Notes: a model not told the origin generated them from the letters alone. A stretch of 32,000 bases of DNA from Nanobdellota archaeon (GCA_022563455.1 JADFNI010000003.1:12666-44665), one strand, 5' to 3'. Positions 1 to 10,083 are shown, counted from the first letter of the stretch. Translations and numbers: made by a program.

Positions 1-18
1 AATCTAGTTTATTTTTTT

Positions 19-762
19 ATGGGGATAATTGATTTTGTTAGAAAGATTGGTGAAAAAACTCTTTATTTTCCTGGGGCTTTTACTGGTATTGAGTTTGAAG
101 AGCATTCTTTGAATTATCAGGAGATACTTGGTAAGCTTGGAATTTCGTTTGTTATCTTAGATTTGGATCTTGATTCAGGGCTTGAGAAAATGAATATGGG
201 ATATCGAAAGGATGCTAAGAAGACTGCCATGAAAAATTTTATACTCTTTAAGAAAAACTCAATTTCGAAGATTATAACTAACTCTCCTGAAGATTTTTAT
301 ATGTTTGAGGAAATTTATCCAACGTTTGTTCGAGGGTGGGATATAAAGATCGAATATATTTGTATTTCTATTCTTGAAGCTTTGAAGAAACGCAAAATTC
401 GGTATTTGGGACCTCGTGAGACCCGAGAAGTTGTTAGTTATCAAGATTCTTGTTATTTGGCTAGGCGTTGCGGAATAATGAATGAACCTCGGGAAGTTAT
501 TGGGATTCTTGGGGGGCGAATAATTGAAATTGAAGATAATCGGGAGGATGTTCTTTGTTGTGGCGCTGGTGGAGGGGTCTATAAAAATAATCCTAATCTT
601 GCTAGAGGGGCTGCATTGAACAGATCTAAAGGTATACCTGAAGAGGCTTCGAAATTTATTTGTTCGTCTAGCCTTTGTTATGCTAATTTAAAATCTGTTA
701 ATGAAAAACCAATAGAGTTTTCTAGTTTTGTTTTGGGTAAACTTAGAGGACTTGGAATATGA
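19..762 (+). CDS. CCG-domain cysteine-rich Fe-S oxidoreductase subunit (GlcF/HdrB/LutA-like C-terminal module)
   Basis: 247-aa ORF with cysteine motifs DSCYLARRCG and LCCGAGGGV typical of CCG domains. Its TGA overlaps the next ATG (ATGA at 759-762). Confidence 0.6.
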   Translation: MGIIDFVRKIGEKTLYFPGAFTGIEFEEHSLNYQEILGKLGISFVILDLDLDSGLEKMNMGYRKDAKKTAMKNFILFKKNSISKIITNSPEDFYMFEEIYPTFVRGWDIKIEYICISILEALKKRKIRYLGPRETREVVSYQDSCYLARRCGIMNEPREVIGILGGRIIEIEDNREDVLCCGAGGGVYKNNPNLARGAALNRSKGIPEEASKFICSSSLCYANLKSVNEKPIEFSSFVLGKLRGLGI

Positions 763-1928
763 AATTTAAGGGTTCTAAAATTTTAATGAAAGCATATGAA
801 ACGGATGCATCTAGATTTCGAGCACAAGTAAATGCAGTTGTTCATCCGGAAAATATTGAAGAAGTTTGCGTTGAGATTGTCAAAAATGAAGGAATTGTTC
901 CTCGTGGAGCCGGAACTGGTTTTTGTGGAGGAGTTGTTCCAATTAACAAAAGTGACGTTGTTATGGATTTGTCTAGACTTGATGGAATTGAGGATTATGA
1001 TGCAGAGCGTGGCACTGTGATTGTTGAAGCAGGGGTTGTTCTTAATGATTTGAATTCTTTTTTAAGAAAATTTAATCGGGAATTTGCTATAGATATTTTA
1101 AGCGGAAGGGTTGCTACGATTGGTGGGATGATTGCTACTAATGCTGTTGGAAGACGAGGCATTAAATATGGGAGGACTTCTGGACATATAAAATGGATTG
1201 ACGTTATTGATTCTGGGGGGTTGATTTCACGAAAAGGGGTTACTGAAATGAGTGATTATATTGGAATGGAAGGGATAACGGGTGTTGTTGTTAGGGCTTG
1301 TTTGAAAACAATTTCCTTGAAGACTCGGTCTGCTGAACTTTTAAAATTTATGAGTTTTGAGGGAGTTTTGGGTCGAGTTCAAGTTCTCAAGAGAGATTCA
1401 AGAATTTCATCAATAGAATTTTTTGATAAACAAGTTTCAGGGTATCTTGGGTTTTCTAATGCTTATCATTTATTTGTGGAATATGAGGATCCCTATACTG
1501 ATGCTTTCGAGACTCAAGAATTTAATTTGGAGGACAATATTTTTAGTGGAGAGAGATATGCAGAATTAATTTCGAGGATTGATAATATTTATTCAGCTGT
1601 TGCTCTTGAGGGATATACTAGGATTGAGGATCCGAAAGTTATTAGTGACAGATGGCCTGAACTTTTTGAATGGCTTGAACATCTAGAGATTCCAGTTTTT
1701 GGTTCAATTGGGGTAGGGATTATGCATCCTTGTTTTACATTGGATTTGGAGCAACATATACCTGAGATGGTTAAACTTGTAAAGCGACTTGGTGGTTGGA
1801 TAAGTGGGGCTTATGGGGTTGGAATTTTGAAAAAAGGATTTGTAGATATCAATGACAAAAAGATTTTAGCTAGTGTTAAGGCTCGGTGTGATCCAGAAAA
1901 TAAATTTAATATGGGGAAGTTTATATAG
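759..1928 (+). CDS. FAD-linked oxidase, GlcD / D-lactate dehydrogenase family
   Basis: 389-aa ORF with the PRGAGTGFCGG FAD-binding (PCMH-type) motif. Translationally coupled to the upstream CCG-domain gene. Confidence 0.7.
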   Translation: MKFKGSKILMKAYETDASRFRAQVNAVVHPENIEEVCVEIVKNEGIVPRGAGTGFCGGVVPINKSDVVMDLSRLDGIEDYDAERGTVIVEAGVVLNDLNSFLRKFNREFAIDILSGRVATIGGMIATNAVGRRGIKYGRTSGHIKWIDVIDSGGLISRKGVTEMSDYIGMEGITGVVVRACLKTISLKTRSAELLKFMSFEGVLGRVQVLKRDSRISSIEFFDKQVSGYLGFSNAYHLFVEYEDPYTDAFETQEFNLEDNIFSGERYAELISRIDNIYSAVALEGYTRIEDPKVISDRWPELFEWLEHLEIPVFGSIGVGIMHPCFTLDLEQHIPEMVKLVKRLGGWISGAYGVGILKKGFVDINDKKILASVKARCDPENKFNMGKFI

Positions 1929-1938
1929 GTTTTATGTG

Positions 1939-2301
1939 ATGGTAAAAATTAGTGAACAAGACAAAATTGAAGCGGAAAATTTACTTGAGGAAGCTAGTGC
2001 CGTGTTTGATAACTGTACTAAGTGCGGAATGTGCAAGGATCTTTGTCCGTCTTTTAAGGTTTTGAAAGATGAGGCTGTGGGGCCTCGAGGGCATGCTATA
2101 ATGCTTAGTGATAAAATAATTGATAAGGTGATTTATACTTGTACTTTATGTCAGGCATGTGAAAGAAAATGTCCTTTGAATATTAAACTTTGTGATGCTG
2201 TTTTGAAGGCGAGGGAGGCTTTTGTTTTGAAGGGGAGAAAGATTCCTGGGAGTGAGGAGGAGAAGGTTTCTGGGAATGAAGAAAAGGGATTGAAGAGTTA
2301 A
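1939..2301 (+). CDS. 2x[4Fe-4S] ferredoxin-domain subunit (GlcF N-terminal-like)
   Basis: Two CxxCxxCxxxCP motifs (CTKCGMCKDLCP, CTLCQACERKCP). The track ORF starts at 1873 but overlaps the upstream gene, so the ATG at 1939 (MVKISEQ...) is preferred. Confidence 0.65.
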   Translation: MVKISEQDKIEAENLLEEASAVFDNCTKCGMCKDLCPSFKVLKDEAVGPRGHAIMLSDKIIDKVIYTCTLCQACERKCPLNIKLCDAVLKAREAFVLKGRKIPGSEEEKVSGNEEKGLKS

Positions 2302-2381
2302 ATCCTTTATAAAACCCAACTGGGATACTTTTGTTCTACGCCCTGTTGTGGTGATACTATGTTAAGAAACTATCCTATTAA

Positions 2382-3347
2382 TTATCCAAATCTAGTCTCT
2401 TTTATACAATTATTATAGAGATATACGTTAGAAGAAGCAGTTAATTGTTCACACAATTCTGAATTTCCAGTTTCAATAGCTATTATGTAAACACAATCAT
2501 GATATGTCACAAATTTTGAAGTAAATGCATCAACACCTTTTTCTTTTTGTATAGAATCAATTTCCTCACAAACAGAAATATTCTTTATTTTTTTGATATA
2601 TTTTTTAACACACTCTTCAGCAGTTCCAGGAACTAGATTGGGAATTAAAGTTCGAAAACAATCATCCAATTCCATTTGTCTATCCAATTCCATTGATAAA
2701 GAACTTACTATATAGGGTGAGGGAATTATTATTAAAAATATAAGAAATAATAGTGGTAAATATATGATAAAAATATTTAATAGAAATTTTAAATTCTTGG
2801 TATTGTTAATAAAGATTTCATTATATAGGTGGGGAATAACATATTTGTACCTATAATAAATAATACCTATAAATAATAATACAAAACCAAGGAGTATCAA
2901 CAATCCAAAAAACTTAAAATTTAATAAAGACCAAAATAAAATAAAAGTAATCCCAAAAGCAAAAAACATGGAAATTTTAAATCTGGTTGGATTTTTTAAT
3001 TTAAAATTATTCATCATAGAGCCTCTAATATTTTGCATTATACCTTCTTTACTATTTTTTGATTTACGAGCCTGAACATTTTTAATTACTTTTATGACAT
3101 AAGGTAAAAACATCAAAAATAGACCAGTCTCAATTAATATAATATAAATTATAAATTTTAAAAAAGAATATTTTTCAAATAGTGGCAGTCCAGAATATAA
3201 ATCTGGGACAAATAATGGAAGAAGAATAGACAGTATTATTGATAAAATTAATAGAAAGGTATAGCCTATTAATCCTCTTCGCATGACATTAGTCAATTTA
3301 GGATTATTTTTCTCATCTCTTAAAATTGAAAATTTTTTATTGACCAA
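2382..3347 (-). CDS. Polytopic membrane protein with Cys-containing C-terminal soluble domain, function unknown
   Basis: 321-aa ORF with about 6 long hydrophobic segments followed by a C-terminal ~100 aa carrying several Cys. No motif recognised. Confidence 0.5.
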   Translation of the reverse strand: MVNKKFSILRDEKNNPKLTNVMRRGLIGYTFLLILSIILSILLPLFVPDLYSGLPLFEKYSFLKFIIYIILIETGLFLMFLPYVIKVIKNVQARKSKNSKEGIMQNIRGSMMNNFKLKNPTRFKISMFFAFGITFILFWSLLNFKFFGLLILLGFVLLFIGIIYYRYKYVIPHLYNEIFINNTKNLKFLLNIFIIYLPLLFLIFLIIIPSPYIVSSLSMELDRQMELDDCFRTLIPNLVPGTAEECVKKYIKKIKNISVCEEIDSIQKEKGVDAFTSKFVTYHDCVYIIAIETGNSELCEQLTASSNVYLYNNCIKETRFG

Positions 3348-3508
3348 TCTTTTTAATTACCTTCTTTATTTTTAATTTTGGTTAAATTAATATTTAAATA
3401 TATCTAAATATATAATTAAGTATATATACTAGAATTCCCTTATAAATCCAGTAAATAAAAGGAGCGTTAAACAAATTCTAAACACCCGGTTGGAGTGTCA
3501 AACGATCC

Positions 3509-5197
3509 TTAAATATGAGCAAACCAGAACTCTAAATCTTCTTTAGACTTTTTGTATAATTTTACATAGCCGAAGTTTTCAAAATAGATAATTGTTCCTT
3601 CTTTTAATTCTTTTAACTTTGGCTCGCCTAGTCCTTTTACTTTTTCATTGTCTGGGTATCTTATAACTACATTAACGTTTTCGTTATTATCTGGAAGCCA
3701 AACTATCGACTTTAATTTTTTATTTTTTTCTGGCAATGTGGCTATAAAATGAAAGTCTCGAGGTTTTGCACGAAGAATATTGCTTGAATTAAATGTTAAA
3801 AGATTCATCAATCTGTATTCGGAATCTTCCATCATTTCTAGATCCACTTGATCTATTAAGAAATCCTGATTTGTCTTGTAGGCTCTTTTACTATGTTCAT
3901 TACCCCTACCATATGGGATTTCTTTTTCAAGATTTGGCGCCGTTTTTATTTTTATTTTTATTGGACGTCTTAGGAAAAAGTATCTTGGACAATTACTAAT
4001 TTCTTTCTTATTTAATGAATATAAAACATCGACGGGTATTGTTATATTCGTTTTTCTAACTCCCATATTGAGAATAAATTCTCTTATTGCAATTGGTGTT
4101 ATTCCTCTATCCATTAAACTTTGTACAGACCAACTTCGAGGATCGTTCCAACCAATATATGTTCCAGATTTTACTTCAACAGCTCCTTTTGATTTTGATA
4201 GTTTTATCCCTTCAATTTCAAAATGACCATTATAAATTATAGTTGGGTGAGTCCAGCCAAATATATCCCATATAAATTTTTCAGTTCTTGTTTCAATTGC
4301 TAGTTCCATCCCTCTTAATATATGAGTTATTCCAAAAACATGATCGTCAATTGCCCATGAGAAGTCAAGAAGGGGGTATACTCTATATTTATTCGCAAGT
4401 ATTGCATGGGGCCGGTCTGTTATCCTAAACATTATTCTGTCCCTAAAAGCTGGATCTGGATCAATCATTGAAGTTTTTAATCTAACGCAACAAGAACCTT
4501 CGGGTGCCTTGAACAATTTTTCCCATCTTTGTAATTGAACTACTCCTTTAAATTGTCTACATGAACATTCAATTCTCTGAATCTTTAGTTCTTTTCTTTT
4601 CTCATTTTCACAGTCACATACGTATAGGTAACCTTTTTTGATTAGCTCTTTTGCATATTCATAATACTTTTCTATTCTATTTGATTTATAGAGAATCTTT
4701 GGGTCATGCTTTATTTCTAGATATTTTATTGCTTCTTCTATTAATTTATATGATTCTGGAATTATTGGTTTTTGTTCACTTCCTATTGTATCATCCATTA
4801 CGATTAATAATTTCCCGTTGTACATTTTTGCGTATTCGTCGTTTAGAATTAATGTTCTTGTGTTTCCAATATGTAGGGGTCCTGAAGGGAATGGTGCGAA
4901 TCTCATTACGACTTTACCCTCTATTGCATTTTCTAATTTTGGTAAACCAACTCTAACGACTCTTTTACTTGTTTTTTGTCCAAGACTTTCAAATTTGCTT
5001 TTTTGTTCTTCGATCGATAGGCTCTCTACTTCTTTTATTATCTTTTGGATTGTTGGCATAATCTCTTTTATCTTGCTTTTTTCTAATCCTTCTGCAAAAA
5101 GAGCTGCTAAGACTGCGCCCTGATTAGCTTTTCCCTCATACTTTATTGCGTTTTCTAATGCGTATGCTTTTATCACTTCTTTAGATATTTCTTTCAT
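3509..5197 (-). CDS. gltX: Glutamyl-tRNA synthetase, archaeal/eukaryotic type
   Basis: 562 aa. Class I HIGH motif (PSGPLHIGNTRT) and KMSKS motif (KLSKSKG). Length and layout are typical of archaeal GluRS. Confidence 0.9.
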   Translation of the reverse strand: MKEISKEVIKAYALENAIKYEGKANQGAVLAALFAEGLEKSKIKEIMPTIQKIIKEVESLSIEEQKSKFESLGQKTSKRVVRVGLPKLENAIEGKVVMRFAPFPSGPLHIGNTRTLILNDEYAKMYNGKLLIVMDDTIGSEQKPIIPESYKLIEEAIKYLEIKHDPKILYKSNRIEKYYEYAKELIKKGYLYVCDCENEKRKELKIQRIECSCRQFKGVVQLQRWEKLFKAPEGSCCVRLKTSMIDPDPAFRDRIMFRITDRPHAILANKYRVYPLLDFSWAIDDHVFGITHILRGMELAIETRTEKFIWDIFGWTHPTIIYNGHFEIEGIKLSKSKGAVEVKSGTYIGWNDPRSWSVQSLMDRGITPIAIREFILNMGVRKTNITIPVDVLYSLNKKEISNCPRYFFLRRPIKIKIKTAPNLEKEIPYGRGNEHSKRAYKTNQDFLIDQVDLEMMEDSEYRLMNLLTFNSSNILRAKPRDFHFIATLPEKNKKLKSIVWLPDNNENVNVVIRYPDNEKVKGLGEPKLKELKEGTIIYFENFGYVKLYKKSKEDLEFWFAHI

Positions 5198-5233
5198 ATA
5201 ATTATAGAAGGGTGGGAGTTTTAAATGTGGTGA

Positions 5234-5650
5234 TTACCAACCAATAATTCCAGGACCTGCGTTTTCTTTGTTTTCTATATCAAGTTTTCTTTCAACTAGT
5301 TCTAGCCTTTGTTCTAACTTGTAGATTTTATTATCGAGGTTTACTATTTTTTCATCTACTTCTCTTTTATCATATCCATCTATTTGATTCGAAAAATTGT
5401 TTGAGGATTCTGGAGTGAAACTATCCATTGCTGGTTCTGTTGGGCTTGATTCTAGAAAATTAAAGAAATTGTTGGATGAGGGTTTTGTTGAATTTTCGGA
5501 AGTTGAAGGATTATTTTTTGTAGTTCCTTTTAATTCTACAAATCCATCGGAATTTGTAGGGATTATAATATCTCTTCTTGGGATTCTTACAACTCCTCTT
5601 TTTTGAAGTTCTCTAAGATCTATCATTCCCTTTCTTTTTTTAAAGATCAT
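5234..5650 (-). CDS. Hypothetical protein with C-terminal coiled coil
   Basis: 138-aa ORF 36 nt upstream of gltX on the same strand. It has an S/N-rich middle and a heptad-like C-terminus (KIVNLDNKIYKLEQRLELVERKL). Confidence 0.45.
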   Translation of the reverse strand: MIFKKRKGMIDLRELQKRGVVRIPRRDIIIPTNSDGFVELKGTTKNNPSTSENSTKPSSNNFFNFLESSPTEPAMDSFTPESSNNFSNQIDGYDKREVDEKIVNLDNKIYKLEQRLELVERKLDIENKENAGPGIIGW

Positions 5651-5747
5651 ATCTTATCAAGGAGATTGCAGTATATAAAATATTTGGAATAAGGGGGCAC
5701 ACTATCCAAGTTACCTCTGACGAGACTTGAGTTCTTGGGCAAAAACG

Positions 5748-5755
5748 TTTATATA
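5748..5755 (+). promoter_or_regulatory. Archaeal TATA-box candidate (TTTATATA)
   Basis: Lies 17-24 nt upstream of the ATG at 5772 and 23-30 nt upstream of the ATG at 5778. No SD site is present. The spacing fits a leaderless transcript that may start at the second ATG. Confidence 0.4.
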
Positions 5756-5771
5756 TTCTTCAATCTAGTAA

Positions 5772-7352
5772 ATGAGTATGGGTGATATTAGAAAAATTAT
5801 CAGATCGATAGTTCCTAAGCAAGATAAAATTAAGTGGGGAGAGCCGGTTTCGTCATATAGGATGGTGTTTGATTCACAGCAGAATCAGTTAGAGCCTATT
5901 TATTTTTGGATGCTTGATTTTATTCGAGATATGGGTTGGGAAACTAAAAAGATAACTGATAATTTTAGAGCTAGTCCTGGGTCTGGACAGTTTGGAGACA
6001 TGGGACAGAGGGAGAGCTCTATGCAAAAACAGGGGATGGAGATGCTCGGGAGCCTTAATCAAGTTATTAAGTCTGTTCTTAATTTGATTTACGACTTAAG
6101 AGAGTTTGAGATTAGGCTTGAGAGTTATGACGATTATAGTTCTTCGAAAAAGGACGCGCGTTACAGGGGGATGTTGTCGTTGAAACAGATTTGGATGGAT
6201 ACAGTTGACATCAAGAAAGGGAATGGGTCGATTAATGTTATGTCTAGTCAGGCAGGTTTTGTTACACTTAGAGATTTATTTTTTATGGTTGATGACGAAG
6301 AGAGTTTGAAAAAAATAAGCAATAAGAAGGATGGAGTTGTAAATGATCAGACAAGTAGGATTTTGACACCTAGGCTTGACGAATTTTGGAAGTGGGTTAA
6401 TTATTCTGAAAAGGAACTTAGGAAAAGGATGAATATTGAAAGGAGTTATTTGAAGAGTCAAGTTGAGACGATAAAAATGTATTCTTCTTGGATGAAACCA
6501 TATCTTCGTGCTGCTGAGGAACTTAGACAGAAAGGGTTCGATGATGATGCGGCTCTTGTTCATGCATTTAGTACTACGATGTTTGAACTTGTACTTCTTT
6601 GTCATAAAACGATTGATGATGCTCAGCTTAATGAACCTTCTAGGGATGATCCTTCTGAAAGGTTTAAGGATTATAAACTAAAGAGGAATTATCATCCTGT
6701 TATGATTATTTCTTTTAAGTATCGGGGACATGTTTCTCAAAGGGTTACGCAAAAAGGAGATATCGGGTTTGCCGGGGGTGGAAGAATTGAAATGCAGTTT
6801 GATTCTTATTCTCTTAATGAACAAGAGTTGAAAATTGTTAAGAAGAAGTTTGAAGATGATGAGCGGGCGGAAACTATGGAGTTTTCTAGTGATATAGCGG
6901 TGGATGCCTTAGTTGAACTTAGGGAAGATATTGAACACTTTTTAGATGATTCTTGGAAAAAGGATGAAGTTAAAGAGAAGAGACGAGAAGAGGAGGACAT
7001 TAATCCTTTTAGCGCTCTTGGGGATTTGTTTAAGTCCTTGTTTGGGTTTAAAACTAAAACGAAAAGGGAAGAAGAGGGGAAGAAAGTTACAGATATTAAG
7101 GAAGTTAAGAAGGATAATTATGTTGAGCGGGCTGTTAGAGTTGATGCTGCTGAAAAGGCTGCTGAGGGGCTTTATTTTGTTTATGATATTTATAAGAAAT
7201 CGCATGGGATGGCGTCTGCTCCGAATGAAGGATTTGATATTGCCCCTGAGGAGAAGATTGGTGAAAGGGACGTTGAATTTGGAGATGTTTTTATGGGTCA
7301 GGGTGGTAATCCTGGAGAAATCGGCGAGAAACTTTGGAAGAGGAATGATTAA
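5772..7352 (+). CDS. Large hypothetical protein (526 aa) with K/E-rich C-terminal third
   Basis: Long uninterrupted ORF with no recognisable catalytic motif. Contains an amphipathic segment, FSALGDLFKSLFGF, within a charged region. Confidence 0.6.
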   Translation: MSMGDIRKIIRSIVPKQDKIKWGEPVSSYRMVFDSQQNQLEPIYFWMLDFIRDMGWETKKITDNFRASPGSGQFGDMGQRESSMQKQGMEMLGSLNQVIKSVLNLIYDLREFEIRLESYDDYSSSKKDARYRGMLSLKQIWMDTVDIKKGNGSINVMSSQAGFVTLRDLFFMVDDEESLKKISNKKDGVVNDQTSRILTPRLDEFWKWVNYSEKELRKRMNIERSYLKSQVETIKMYSSWMKPYLRAAEELRQKGFDDDAALVHAFSTTMFELVLLCHKTIDDAQLNEPSRDDPSERFKDYKLKRNYHPVMIISFKYRGHVSQRVTQKGDIGFAGGGRIEMQFDSYSLNEQELKIVKKKFEDDERAETMEFSSDIAVDALVELREDIEHFLDDSWKKDEVKEKRREEEDINPFSALGDLFKSLFGFKTKTKREEEGKKVTDIKEVKKDNYVERAVRVDAAEKAAEGLYFVYDIYKKSHGMASAPNEGFDIAPEEKIGERDVEFGDVFMGQGGNPGEIGEKLWKRND

Positions 7353-7417
7353 GGGTGCCGCAGTTCTGCATACCCCTGAAGAGCTGAATAAGGGAGCATA
7401 GAAAATTAATTAAGGTC

Positions 7418-8053
7418 ATGTTTCTTTTGTTTTGTATGGAAAAAGAGAAGAAGACTCGTGATTTAGATGATGATGAATTTTTAGAAGATGAAGCTGAAGA
7501 AGAGATTGACGATGGATCTAAAGATAATGATTCTTGGGGAATTGATACTCGTGTTTTGAAACCTGTTACTGAGTCTCGGAAAGTAAAAATGGAGGTTGTA
7601 AAAGAAGTTCTTCTTGAGAACTTGGTTGAGGATGCTCCAGTTTCTGAGATTTCTGATTTAAATTTGGAGTCGGAGAATTATGGTTCTTCTGTTTCAACTG
7701 AGGGATCTTTTCGGGGGAGTATGAGGGATAATTTATCTAAGGGGGATGAGAAGAAAGAGCAGATGTATATGCCGGAGCAAGAGGAGGGAAAGAATTTTTA
7801 TAAGTCTGGTCATACAGATATTACTGGGAATATCGTTTCTGGACTGTATAATTCTCGAACAAAAATTGATCCTAGTGGGGGGTCTTGGTCTACGGATACT
7901 CATTTGGGGACTAATGATATGAAGGATTCTCGAGGGATTGATGGAAAAGATCTTATTAATCAGAGAGATATACTTGAAGGGCATACCTTTAGGGGTCCAG
8001 GGGAGCGGGATGGTTTTTCTGCGATGGGCGGCGGGAAGCCGAAATACGAGTAG
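7418..8053 (+). CDS. Acidic, low-complexity hypothetical protein
   Basis: 211-aa ORF that is D/E/G/S-rich. The true start may be the MEKEKK methionine at 7436. Followed by a hairpin terminator. Confidence 0.45.
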   Translation: MFLLFCMEKEKKTRDLDDDEFLEDEAEEEIDDGSKDNDSWGIDTRVLKPVTESRKVKMEVVKEVLLENLVEDAPVSEISDLNLESENYGSSVSTEGSFRGSMRDNLSKGDEKKEQMYMPEQEEGKNFYKSGHTDITGNIVSGLYNSRTKIDPSGGSWSTDTHLGTNDMKDSRGIDGKDLINQRDILEGHTFRGPGERDGFSAMGGGKPKYE

Positions 8054-8057
8054 AAAT

Positions 8058-8079
8058 AAAAAACACATTCGTGTTTTTT
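8058..8079 (+). terminator. Hairpin plus T-run terminator candidate
   Basis: AAAAAACAC-attc-GTGTTTTTT forms a perfect 9-bp stem and ends in a T-run, 5 nt after the stop at 8053. Confidence 0.4.
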
Positions 8080-8130
8080 AGGTTGGTAGATAAGAAATGT
8101 ATCAGAATATCTAGATAGGGTTGAGGCAAA

Positions 8131-8138
8131 TTATAAAT
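8131..8138 (+). promoter_or_regulatory. Archaeal TATA-box candidate (TTATAAAT)
   Basis: Lies 23-30 nt upstream of the ATG at 8161, with no SD site. Consistent with a leaderless mRNA. Confidence 0.4.
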
Positions 8139-8160
8139 ACTACTTTTAACTAGTTATTTT

Positions 8161-10083
8161 ATGGGAGAATTTGGTGTAGAATCGTTTTATGGAGGGGGAG
8201 GGTCTTCTTTTGATCCTAGTCCTGATGGGCCTTTTGTTGGGTATCAGTTGAATCCTACGACGATTGGTTTTGCAACGAATCCTATGACTCCTGAGCAGTT
8301 GAACGAGTTTCAGCGAGGGGTTAGGTCTGGAGCTAAAGTTATTGAAATAAATTTAAATAATTTGCAGGGAGAAGTTCATCAGCAAGTGCCTACTCAACAT
8401 CTTCAGGAAATGAGGGCTCTTTCGAAGATTACTGGAATTAGTCCGAGCATTCATGGGCCTCTCGTAGATGCTGCAGGATTTAGTGAACAGAGAGGGATTT
8501 GGAGTGAGGAGAATAGAGACCAAAACGAGAGGATAATGTTTGCTGCAATGGAAAAGGCTAAGATAGTTGATCCTGATAAGAATATTCCCGTGGTTTTTCA
8601 TTCGTCTAATATGCTTGGGGGAGGGACTTTGTATACTCCAGAAAAAAAAGATGGGAAAACTATTTTTAAAGAAGAGGTCGTTCCGATTTATAACAGGGCC
8701 ACTAAGCAACTTGATCCGGTGACTGAGAAAAAGAGATATCATATTGGGGGAGGGGATACTGATGATCCTAAAAATTCTCAACCATTTGAATATACTCCGA
8801 CTGCTGATGAGACTATTGAGATTCGGAATAGTACTTCTTGGCAGAATGAGATAAAGAGTCTTACTCTTGAAAAGAAGTATGGAGATGATATTTTAAAAGA
8901 TACTGTGAATAGTGCATATGGGCGTTTTGCTATTCAAGGAAAGCCGCTTCCGGGGCCGATTACTAATGAGGATATTGGAAATGCTGAAGGAGAATTTGGA
9001 AATGGGCTTAATAAGGCTGATATTATTTTATCAAATAGCAGGGCTGCTTTTAATTCTCTTTTTGAACAGGCTTATGAATATGGGACTTCAGAACAACAAA
9101 AAGAGCTTAAGACAATGTCAGATAATTTTGGAAGTGAACAAGCAAACTTTCAGAAAAAGTTAAAAGAGGAGTCGAAAATGGATGCAAAAGATAGAACTAT
9201 TGGGCCTGGAATGGATCTTGTTGTTAGATCGGAAATGCAAGATAAATACTTGCAAAAGATGCTCCAGATAACTGGCAGGGAGGCTCCTAAGACTTTTATT
9301 CGAGCGGAGACTTTTGCGATGGATGAGGCTGCGAAGACTTTTGGGAATGTTGCGACTCGATCATTTAATGAACTTGGGGCTGGGTCTGCTCCTGTTATTG
9401 CTATTGAAAATGTTTGGAATGGAGCAATGTTTTCTCGTGGAAAGGATATGAAGAATCTTGTTTTGAAGTCTCGTGAAGTTATGACTAAGAACTTGATGGA
9501 AGACGGGATGGAAAAAGATGTCGCTAAGGATGTCGCTAAAAAGCAAATAGGGATGAATTTTGATCTTGGACATTTTAATATGTTTAGGAAGAAAGGGTTT
9601 ACGACAGAGGACATGGCTGGAGAAGTTAAGGAGTTTGCGGAATATATTAATTACATGCATATAACTGATAACTTCGGTTTTAGTGATGAGCATTTTTATC
9701 CTGGGCAGGGAAATGTTCCCTTTAAGGAATTTTTTAGGGAAATAGCTAAGAAGCATCCAGATATTCATTCTTTTAAAAAGATTGTTGAAAGTGGAGGAAT
9801 TGAGCATCGGAATATGGGGGGGAGGAGTGCTCATGCATTTAATTTAGCGGCTTTTGGAGTTCCAATATTTGGAGCAAATTCTTATGGGAGTGGTATGGCT
9901 CCTACGTTTGACCGAGGGCTTGATACTGTCGGAGCTTATTTTGGAGGATATGGAGATACTAGTCCTTCGATTCATCATAGCTTGTACGGGGCAGGATTTA
10001 CAACACTTCCTGGTTCTTTTGGAGGAATTATGCCTGGAGCTGACACTGGAAGAAGTAGATTTGGTGGAACTCCTATGAGTTAG
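8161..10083 (+). CDS. Xylose-isomerase-like / AP-endonuclease-2-like TIM-barrel protein with large internal insertion and Gly-rich termini
   Basis: 640 aa. The N-terminal part (KVIEINL..., SIHGP, VVFHSSN) and C-terminal part (DLGHFNM..., MHITDNFG...DEHFYPGQGNVPFKEFF) resemble the barrel strands and metal ligands of this fold. About 280 aa of unrelated sequence lies between them. Confidence 0.5.
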   Translation: MGEFGVESFYGGGGSSFDPSPDGPFVGYQLNPTTIGFATNPMTPEQLNEFQRGVRSGAKVIEINLNNLQGEVHQQVPTQHLQEMRALSKITGISPSIHGPLVDAAGFSEQRGIWSEENRDQNERIMFAAMEKAKIVDPDKNIPVVFHSSNMLGGGTLYTPEKKDGKTIFKEEVVPIYNRATKQLDPVTEKKRYHIGGGDTDDPKNSQPFEYTPTADETIEIRNSTSWQNEIKSLTLEKKYGDDILKDTVNSAYGRFAIQGKPLPGPITNEDIGNAEGEFGNGLNKADIILSNSRAAFNSLFEQAYEYGTSEQQKELKTMSDNFGSEQANFQKKLKEESKMDAKDRTIGPGMDLVVRSEMQDKYLQKMLQITGREAPKTFIRAETFAMDEAAKTFGNVATRSFNELGAGSAPVIAIENVWNGAMFSRGKDMKNLVLKSREVMTKNLMEDGMEKDVAKDVAKKQIGMNFDLGHFNMFRKKGFTTEDMAGEVKEFAEYINYMHITDNFGFSDEHFYPGQGNVPFKEFFREIAKKHPDIHSFKKIVESGGIEHRNMGGRSAHAFNLAAFGVPIFGANSYGSGMAPTFDRGLDTVGAYFGGYGDTSPSIHHSLYGAGFTTLPGSFGGIMPGADTGRSRFGGTPMS

